This document shows positions 47,201-64,000 of a stretch of DNA of 64,000 nucleotides, one piece after another. The position numbers and the translations under genes are program-made. Positions within the stretch are counted from its first letter, which is position 1. Each line of letters opens with the position of its first letter. Origin of the DNA: Phoronis australis (lineage: Eukaryota; Animalia; Phoronida); NCBI GenBank assembly GCA_002633005.1, contig NMRA01000022.1:695201-759200 (forward strand). The letters run 5' to 3'. Under the pieces are notes generated by a model. That model did no database searches. It was not told where the DNA came from and was given only the letters and a program-made list of their open reading frames with translations.

Positions 47201-48129
47201 TACAGAATAAAGTATGTGAACTTTTACCAAAATGGCAAAAAATCAACGAAAACTATACATAATTTTATTTTCTTGTGAAGTTGTCAATCAAAATATTGAC
47301 ATTTTAAGTGAAGATCGACTTTACTACAAGTCTAAAATATGATACGCAGTTCGTTAAAGAAACCCGAATAAAAATTTCATAAAATTAAGACAATGACACA
47401 CATATAAGCTAGTTTTAAAGTACAATATATATATCACCCTAGACGTCATATTAAATATAGGATCCAAAATGTTATTGTTGTCAGTTGAAGTTCAATTATC
47501 GTGGAATGATAACAATGCAATGTTCTGCCGGTGTTGCTGATTTATCCCAAATGAATCTGTCGAGTGGAATACGGCCATACAATAATGTTTTCCGTATTCA
47601 CCTCCCGCCCTACTTCAACAGAGACCTCTGACATGGAAAGTTCAAAAGGTAGGTCAATGTTGACTCCACGTCGTTAGCCAGTTCGATCATCAAACTTTCC
47701 GAAAATAGTTTAAAGTAATACAATTGCAGCAGTGTAAATAACACTCAACATGCAACCGGGTCCCAATCGTAACATCTGGAACAGGACTGTTAATTATATG
47801 ACAGTATTGTTTCAGTTTTCAATATCGTCTGCAACCCAGGCGACGATTCCTCGGTAACTACAATATTAAATATTGTTGTTATTTAACTATTTTCAGGAGA
47901 TGTTACAAGTTCAATGCACAGTTACCGTTGTTTTCATCTTTGTTATCTCTTTTTCAAGTAATAAATCGTTACATTTAAAACTGTTTCTTTTACTTGAGAA
48001 AACTTGCAACCTGACGCGCAAGTACATCCATATAGGATGTGAACCGCCAAGTGAACAGTCTGAGTGAAGTATTTAAAATCTGCAGAAAAAAGAAAGAAAC
48101 TTAGGAATTTCGAAGAGTATGGGATAAAT

Positions 48130-48279
48130 ACAAAACGTACCGAGAGTGGCGTAGATGAAGTAATATCCCGCTCTCGACATTATTCCGCGTAGTCGACGGA
48201 GACCGAAGGTCGAGGTCGATATGCGGAATAATGTCTCGTGGGATATTACTTCATCTACGCCACTCTCGGTACGTTTTGT
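48130..48279. repeat. Near-perfect palindrome of about 150 bp
   Basis: ACAAAACGTACCGAGAGTGGCGTAGATGAAGTAATATCCC is paired with its exact reverse complement around the centre GACCGAAGGTC. Confidence 0.9.
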
Positions 48280-51200
48280 GTATGTATTGACAACCAGGTA
48301 AAAGTCAGTCTTCGTTTCTTGTCATGTTTTTTACGGTCATTGTCCTGCACCATAAGGACTTATTCATTTGTTATACTGTAAAACCTCATGAAGATCTGAA
48401 AAAGGTGAACCACTGACCTTTCGAGAACAACTATTCAATCATTTTGAGCCTAGGCAACATAAAAATCTCAAACAAAATGGCTAATACAGTCTAAATGTCT
48501 TGCAGCACTCACGACGATCACATTTTAATACGCAAGGGGTATTTTACGAGGAAACTTATATTAACACACGCGCTTTGTATGTGCTCATCAAGTTACGTAT
48601 GCATTATTTTAGGAATGGAGACGATATTCTAGCCGGCTATTTTCGACGCATTTATAAAGACCAAACTCTATAGCTTTTGCGCATGAGGTTTTAGTCTGGC
48701 ATAAACTACTTAATCAAATATTTCCCAGACTTAATTTATGTTAGTCTTTGACATTGTAAGCAGTGAAAACGATAAAAGAGACACTGATGTGCTTTAATTT
48801 AATAAACGAAATGTCGATGCATTTCCATATTGTATCACCAGGAGTAAAGTTGGAAGCCAGTCAAAAGAATATACAATAGATTATTAACTTTTTGTAGATG
48901 ACTCTCTTCCGTTGGTACGAAGTTTTGTCGACACCCGCCGTACAGCGCCACAACAGCTTATATAGCCTCAGTAGTACATGTGGCTATTACAACTTTCAAC
49001 CCAAATCCCAACCTTAGTAACTCTACCCTGGACGTAATGAACACAAAACGAATATGAAATAAGCCCACAATTCATAGCCTGCCTCAGGGCTACTCCCATA
49101 AAACAGGTATACGCTAACGAGTGGAACTTTTTCTTGACTTGTTTCCCTATTAAGGACTGTCTTTTCTGACGAAATTCCTTTCAAAGGATGCATTTTCTGC
49201 CTTAATTCCCTGCAAAAGATTTCACTTTCGGAATTCTTAGATTCCATTTTCCAATTGGGCTGACACAAAACTACAGAATCATTTTTAATATTGTTTGTAA
49301 TTTCAAAGCTTTGATTGGGAAACGTTGTACACATTTTTGAAAACATAACATACCCCTTTCTGCTGTTTCAAGTTTCATTGGGTTAAAATTCTGCTTTGTA
49401 AAAATCGTTCGTGGTGTTTCTGGGACCGAAAGTCTTACGTAAAGGTAGCATATTCCGTGAAAGCTCCCAGCAAATAAATCCGTTTCCGAGTCCACAAGCC
49501 GGCTTGCTGTTTCCAGCAGCACTCCCTCGTCAATAACATAGTCGAGTACCCCTGGGGAGCCTACCGAGGTTGAGAAAAACTATCTACGTGTCCAATCACT
49601 TACTCCTACAACCTCATCAAAATGTTTAACGATTTCTATTTGTTTGGCCTTTTCCCTAATTAGAAGGGATAAACATATGCTAAAGTCGTCTGGTTGTATT
49701 TACTCGCGGACGAATGCAAGACTTCAGATCTGAGTGTATTGCCTTATACAGTCAGAGGCAACATGGATCAGTATGGTTAACACATTAATCAGTTTTAGAC
49801 AGGCAAAGGGAAAAGACAGACACCAACACCAGAGCAGTATATTATCAATGGTTCTGGTTGAAAGTTCAATGGGCAACTGAACGCAACGAGACTGCTATCT
49901 GGTGGTCAAGTTAAGAAAGAACACAACGTTGTCCTGTAAGGCCTGGTCCAGTTTTTAGAGAGCTATTATGGCTCTTAGCGTGTCAAGTATAATTTCGGGC
50001 AGTGTTTGCCCTAAACTTCCAAACTCTAGGTCCAGTGGACCCTCTTTCCAAATTTTGGGTCCATTTTAACTTATTGACTTCTGGCCAAAATCATTGCCCC
50101 GGAAACCACAATTTACCGCCACTAACTCTCCCTGGCTTCCACCAATTTTACGTCTCCCCAGATCCAGTTGCTCCCCCCCCCCTCCCCGGGTTTCGTGCTT
50201 CTCCATCGTCCTCCACTGTCCTGGCGAGCAGTGCCGCCTCCTCAGGGGATAAATAACCCTAGTGTTGAGTCTAAGTTCACACTTGGTGACTTCCTGGATT
50301 CCAGTTAGAAATTAAAAGTAAAAACTCGACATTTCGAGTACAAATTCGAGATTTCGAGTTCAGAATCGAGCTCATTGGTTTCATGCTAGGGTCATCATGT
50401 GCAAAATAGAACATTAGTTCACGTAAAGTACAATATATTCGAGCATAGACAAATAGACCACTTTGTGGTTCGAGGTATCGGAGTAGAACAAAAAATGACA
50501 AAATAGAATTTCAGGTTCAATTCCGAGTAAAAAAGATTAGATCCCAAGCCTTGTGATGTAGGCTACCAGACCAAGACCCGTGAACGGATATCGAACTTCA
50601 CTTTTTATAATCCAGTATCTCAGTTGCACGAACGTGTGTTATGAAAATATAAGGCAAAAAGTCACCGAGACAGCGAAAATACTGAGGCCGCAAAAAACAA
50701 ACACTAAAGAAAACAAAGTATCACTAGGAGGCCGCAAAAACAAAACCCAAAGAAGAATGAAGTATCAACTCGATCCACCTAATAGGTGAATAATATCGTG
50801 TCCTACCCAAGCAGTCGTCACTTCAGTGATGCGGCTTTTTGAAATTTTGTGTGCACGGATGTCGTCATCAGTTGAGCACGTCATCAACGACTCACGCAAT
50901 TGGTGACGTTTAGGCAGTTTAAAAATCGTGTGCTGTAGGTAATAGACCTTCAGACACTGTTCACATTGTGTGTTGATTGCAGGACTCTTTTGTACAAAAT
51001 TATGGTGTCATTCTGTGCCATACTAAAATATTAGTTTAGAAATGACTAGAATGTTAGTACTAACTTCAATCGTGTACGAAGGATTGTTAACACTTGGAGT
51101 TGACGTTCAAGGGGAGGACGTGAAAGTAGAGAAAATTTTTGCGCCTAAGGAAGAAAATCGCGTAATCGCGTTCACACAGAGAAGTGCGAAGCTGGTGAGG

Positions 51201-52311
51201 AAGAGGTTCATGTTGTGAACGGTCGAGATGAAGGAAGTCAGAGAAATGATGTTCCCTCGTGGGGACGAATGCGATATCAACGAATTCGTCGACTCCATGT
51301 TGAAGGCACTGGCTGAGGAGGAGTGTGAAGGTCAATGTAACAAAAGTGATGTCCCTACACAGCAAATTACTCAAAGATGGATGACGACGATGGGAACGAA
51401 TTTATGGACTCTCTGATGAGGGCAGTGTTAACTGAAGAGGTGCGTGGGGCTCAGTTTAAATGAATGTCATTAGTTTTATGTTTATTACTTCCCTGACCCC
51501 CCTGCACAAAATCCTATGGTTTTGTATCTACCCACACCCTCTAATCACCTACTTTCACCTACTCAACTTGATCACTGAGTCACCCTCTTACTTATGATGT
51601 ATTTCTCGTAATTTATATTACCTTTGTTGCCCAAATTTTTTCTTGATTTATTTTGTCTATGTGTATTTTTCCATTACACTGCTCGTATTTTTTGTTCTCA
51701 ATATTTTAAACAAAGACACTTCACAAATTTGAATTTGACAAACTAAAATCGGCCATGGTAGTCGACGCCTCGCGTGCTTTTTCAGCGCACACACACCCAC
51801 TAGGTGTCGCCATGGTCCATGACACAACAACGGCGGTGTCCAATGTGAACTGTCTTGGTACCGTCTTGCGAAAGGTGATACGCGCCATCTATTGGAAAAT
51901 GTGTTACTAAGAAAACGTAAGATTTCAATCAACAACACGGGATCAGAACAGATACTTTAGGAGACGAGAAGATAATTTTACGTTTAAAACACATCCCGTC
52001 AAATTACATACGTTGAAAAATTCCTTTTCACAAATTCAAATATGTTCCCAACTCCAGCAACTGTGAAGAAGTACCTAATGGAACAGCCAGGTGTCACCAT
52101 GCTTCACGAAAGCCCTCCCATGGCTAGCCGCACTTAAGCCACACCAATAACATACACATCGACTTTTTACTATTCTTTTAATGGGATAGTTGTCAGTGTT
52201 TTCCCCTTCAACACTAAGGTGGCATGTCATCCCAACCAATCTTCATGACAATAAAACTGTCGAGACCATAAAACACAAGACTGACACAGCTATTTAGTAG
52301 CAAAGATAACT

Positions 52312-52317
52312 TTTATT
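52312..52317 (-). terminator. Candidate FGFR polyadenylation signal (implies a 3' UTR of about 3.1 kb)
   Basis: AATAAA on the minus strand, followed by GU/U-rich sequence. Confidence 0.4.
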
Positions 52318-53665
52318 TCTATTCGGTTTATGTAATATAGATATATAAACGATACAATAATACAAACAACTTGTATCTTACTATATAAAACTATTACAGC
52401 ACTACCTGTCAGACATCTCTTCCAGGAGTAATGTTATGCCAAAACTGTGGCAAAACTAAAAGAATCTACCAAAGGCAATATTAGAATACCTGTAGCATGT
52501 TCTATGGACCACAGTAATTATCGTGATTGGTCACTGGAAAGCGAAATCTTATCATGTGACCTGTACAGCTGTCTAAAAAGATACAACAATTTCAAAGAAT
52601 TAACATAAAAGCCTTAACATTGCACTTATAAACTTAGATCATTTTTCTACACCTATTATATAAAAAATGCTCACAACTTTACACACACTAACATCTAACA
52701 GTAAATGCCTAATGTTCCTAAAATCTGAGCTCAAACTTTGATCACCAAACAAGCAGTACAGTGCCACAGGACAAAACCTCGGATTTTTGGACACCAAGTA
52801 GTTGAACAATAACAGTTCCCAACAGAACAGCGCTGAAAGATCAACTCTTATCTCGATAACTTAAAACAGCTTAGGTAACCACACTTAACAACTACAACGA
52901 ATGGCCGAGCTAAAACAATAGAGAGCAGACGAATGAACGTCATAAATAATGAGACAATCTTGTCCATGTTTGTGATACTGCAAGCACTGTTAAGTTTGTT
53001 AGGTTCACGGGATACAACAGACATAACCAGAGATTTAGTCACAGTCACACTGTGTCCAATCAACATAAGTTTATGACTTAGTCACACCTAATACCTAACA
53101 GTGACAGGAGTTAGTTATGACTCAGTCTAATGTATCACTGACTTAAGTCAATAAAATGCAGTCTATTGTCATAGAGTCCAGCAAACTTTTTGCTTCAGTG
53201 TCCAGAGATTAGTTCAGTGGTTAGTGTCATAAATAGCTGGCCATAGTTGAACAGTGTCTCTCCACGTAAATAACAAATTACATTATCTCAATTGCCATAG
53301 CTTATATAAAGAATTATTCAACAGCTTGTTGAATTAAAATAGAAATACAATAAATAATACACAATTTTGATCACTATATACCTTGTGTGGAGAGAACACA
53401 GTCTTAAACTATTACATGCAATCTTTCTGCATGTAAAATACTCCATAAATAAAATCAAGCAAAATTGCTGAATGGCATGTAATCTGACCAATACAAATTT
53501 TTGTTTACTTCATCTTGAGAATCAGCTGGTCCGCTGACTGAGTGGTTAACGTGGACTGTGTAATAAAATGACTTGAAAACGTCCACCTGTGCGTAAACCT
53601 CTATTAAAACTCCTTTACATTGTAAACACAGAAACTGTTAATTGTTAAGAGCTAAGCTTAGTAAA

Positions 53666-53959
53666 GGAGTCCCTTTCAAGAAAAGTGACATAAGATTTAT
53701 GACTGAAATTTGGTCTTGCATTCCATACAACTGCTTTTGAAATATAATTAAATCTCACTTGAGAAAACGTGAAAAAGTACTAACTAAGACTGAGAATATA
53801 CCTAGAGCTGCTAGTTACTGAGAAATTTTCTATAAATTATTTCCAAACTGCGCTGCGCTCATAAGTACTTGGATAAATCATTTTTCAGCCATTATGAAAC
53901 GGGAGCGCAAGACCAAATTTCTGTCTGAAGTTTAAAGTCTCTTTCATGAAACAGGCTCC
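53666..53959. mobile_element. Degenerate MITE in the putative FGFR 3' UTR
   Basis: GAAATTTGGTCTTGC pairs with GCAAGACCAAATTTC, plus imperfect outer arms. Confidence 0.5.
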
Positions 53960-55441
53960 AGGTAACAATTAATTTTAAAGCTATTCAATTTTTAGCAAAA
54001 TCAAAGAGACTAGCTTAATAACAAATTTGTCTTACAAGTGCCTTGCACTGGATTTGAGTGACCATAGCACAGAGGACACTTTACAATTACGAGACAGTTT
54101 TTCAGAAGCACGACTTGGCATCTCATTCAGAAATGTTCAGAGGACGGTTTACTGCAGCAAACTACCAGCTTTTAACTAATTGACATGATACGGCTTGGGC
54201 GAGACAATGTTATATCGGTACAAAATAATCAAATAAAGCCTAGAGTCTATGAGCTGGGTAAATACTGTAAGTGCTTTACATGTCTACAAGCTTTCGTCAG
54301 CAATTACCCCAAGAAGATTGGCACATAAAGTCTACTAATCTAGAACATAACTCGCCCATCATTTTAGAACCACTTCTAACAAGGACGATAAAAATGTGTT
54401 AAAAAATAATCAACATAAAATCAATGTACAAAACAGGTATTTACAATGATGTAAAACTCCACTTACCAACCACAGATGTCTCCGCTCGATCGTATCGGAT
54501 CTAGCAGCACGAGCTACAAGTACGCAGCATTAGATCACAATAATACTGATAAGTCTGCGCTTGTGGAATGACTCCTGTGGTTGGAATCATGAGCTACGAA
54601 CAAAAACCATGGGCAAACTAATTAACAAACAAAAATGGCTTCCTAAATCAGGGTCTGTCCTTTTTAAACAAATGGAAGACTTATGTTGAATTCATTAGCG
54701 AAAATTTCTCAATCTCATGCGCAGCAGGCGATATTATGATTTGTAGACAGGTTTAAATGCTCACTTAGTAGACCAGACAACCAGACCAAGGTGGACATTT
54801 TGCAAATTACAAAATCCACCATTAAACTGGATATCGCATTTAACCAATAAGGCCAGAATAACCAGAAACACTTCACTTATGATAGCTTTACCACAATTTT
54901 TGCCAAAGTTACCAAAGATTATTATTAAGATTATGAAAATTCATGAAACTTAGTTCTATACATTTGGTGAACAAGAAATGTTGATTGGTTTGAGAGACAA
55001 ATACAAAAAACAAGCCTCGTCTCAAATGCATCCATATTCATAAAAGTCAACTTAAACATAATGTGAAGGACAGTAGTAGCACTGGCTGGCTGGTCTACTG
55101 TGACTGTCACGTAAGTACGAGAAACAAATACACAATGAGAACAAGAAATCCAGGTTATATCAGAGCATGTGAACCACAACAACACTGACAACACAATTTC
55201 ATAAGAACACCAAGTTCCGTTTCCTCTCGGCACTGTCTTGTCCATTCACGACGCCTCCAGTGGCCTTCTACACACACATATTGCCAAATGTCTGTGATGC
55301 ACATACGTCCGTGTGCATACGTTGATCAACTATTGCTCCATCCCAAGGCTTACATGTACTATCATTACCTCAGTCTGAGAATACTCATAACAGGTTATCC
55401 ATCAAGCTGTCTCTATCAGCTACAGCTGTCCCACAAAGCCA

Positions 55442-62845
<7,404 letters not shown>

Positions 62846-63331
62846 CTGAAATGAACAAGGGTTTGTTGACAAGACTTTTCAAAAGTTAAATGATACGACA
62901 CTTCATGAAAACTGAGGCCATTTGGTAAAATTTCACAATTGCTGAGTGAAAGTTTAGCCAAGAGCATATAATTAACAGTTTAGAAAAAAAACTACAGCAA
63001 TTTTCTCAGTAACAAGTAGTTATGTGTATATTCTCATGAGAATTTCCTTGAAGTTTAACTATTTTTCAGAAATAGTGGAGCGAAAGACAAAATTCTAACG
63101 CGAGTCTCAAGTGACTTTTTATGAAACAAGCCCTACAACAAATGCACAACTCAACTGCAAGACAATTGGTGAGTATGATTGGTTTTTTTCGTCTATACAG
63201 CTCAACCTCAGATTGCGATTGGCGACCAGGCAAAATTCCAAATCGCCACGAAGTCGCCAGTGCAAGTATCAAAGTCAGACAATAACTCCCTCTAAATTGG
63301 TTTGAAAGTTTGTGTTGACTTCCAAACTTAA

Positions 63332-63800
63332 AACAAGAGCAACGCGGAGCATTGAAACGCGCCCACAATGCATCGCAAATGGTGTGCTTTAGGGTTATTC
63401 ATTTGTATCATAAAAATGGCAACTAGATGGTGCAAAAATGTACAATCCATCCAAAAACGGGGAACATGCCATATTTCATAAAATGATAAAAATTTGTCAA
63501 GGAACTTCAGAGAAACAAAGGAAAACAGAACAAAAAAATTAACCAAAAAGATGACGATAAAGATGATGACGAAGATGACGAATATGACGACGATGGTAGC
63601 GAGGATGAACTAAAGAAGTAGTAATAACATGCACATGACGAACGTAGAAGTCCGAAATCAGTAAGAAAAAGGCTACAGTCTTGTGCGACACTTGACAAAA
63701 TTAACGGAAAAGACAACGACGGAGATGATGACGCAGATGATGACGATGATGACGAATATCATGATGGTGGTGGCGATGATGAACAACATCACAACATTCA
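63332..63800 (+). repeat. Truncated copy of the 24303 element, followed by (GAT/GAC)n low-complexity sequence
   Basis: 63332-63535 matches 24303-24500. Confidence 0.8.
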
Positions 63801-64000
63801 TATGATGAACTTAGATATCATAAATCAATAAGAAATAGGCTACAGTCTAGTTCAATAGAAGATAAACCAACATCAATGCAGCAAGAGCGCTCAACAAAGG
63901 AACAGCGTTATCAGAAAATCTCAAATAACTCGAAAAGTAGACGTCCTAGCGAAAAATGGAAAACATCTTCCGAAAGCCCGTTCAAAATTCTATCTAAACT

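Noticed and set aside
51087-51416. Acidic ORF MKEVREMMFPRG...
   Set aside because: Short, with no splice context. Likely an internal remnant of a transposon; no family could be assigned.

Overview
This is eukaryotic, AT-rich, intron-rich animal genomic DNA. The myosin light-chain sequence style suggests a spiralian invertebrate (inference). I could assemble three spliced protein-coding genes by hand from GT-AG sites, all on the minus strand. (1) The 3' part of a fibroblast growth factor receptor: 8 exons at 62845-55442, covering the juxtamembrane region, kinase and YLDL tail. (2) A myosin regulatory light chain (RLC) gene at about 37.7-19.7 kb. (3) An intact 5-exon, 509-aa clan-2 cytochrome P450 at 14699-4429. 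The RLC locus is the standout. Almost every exon exists twice: two start exons, paired exons 2a/2b, paired exons 4a/4b, and two complete terminal modules (5a-6a-7a and 5b-6b-7b). Only exon 3, the EF-hand-1 loop, is single, so it looks like two interleaved paralogous genes sharing one exon. A decayed third copy of the RLC 3' end lies at 1-1439, beyond the P450, which suggests a tandem duplication of about 20 kb. Introns and spacers hold many transposon relics: TTAA-flanked THAP/Kolobok-like elements, a Penelope GIY-YIG remnant with a possible hammerhead, LINE tails, Helentron-like satellite elements carrying CTCF-like motifs, MITEs and palindromes. All coordinates were read by eye and need checking against RNA-seq.
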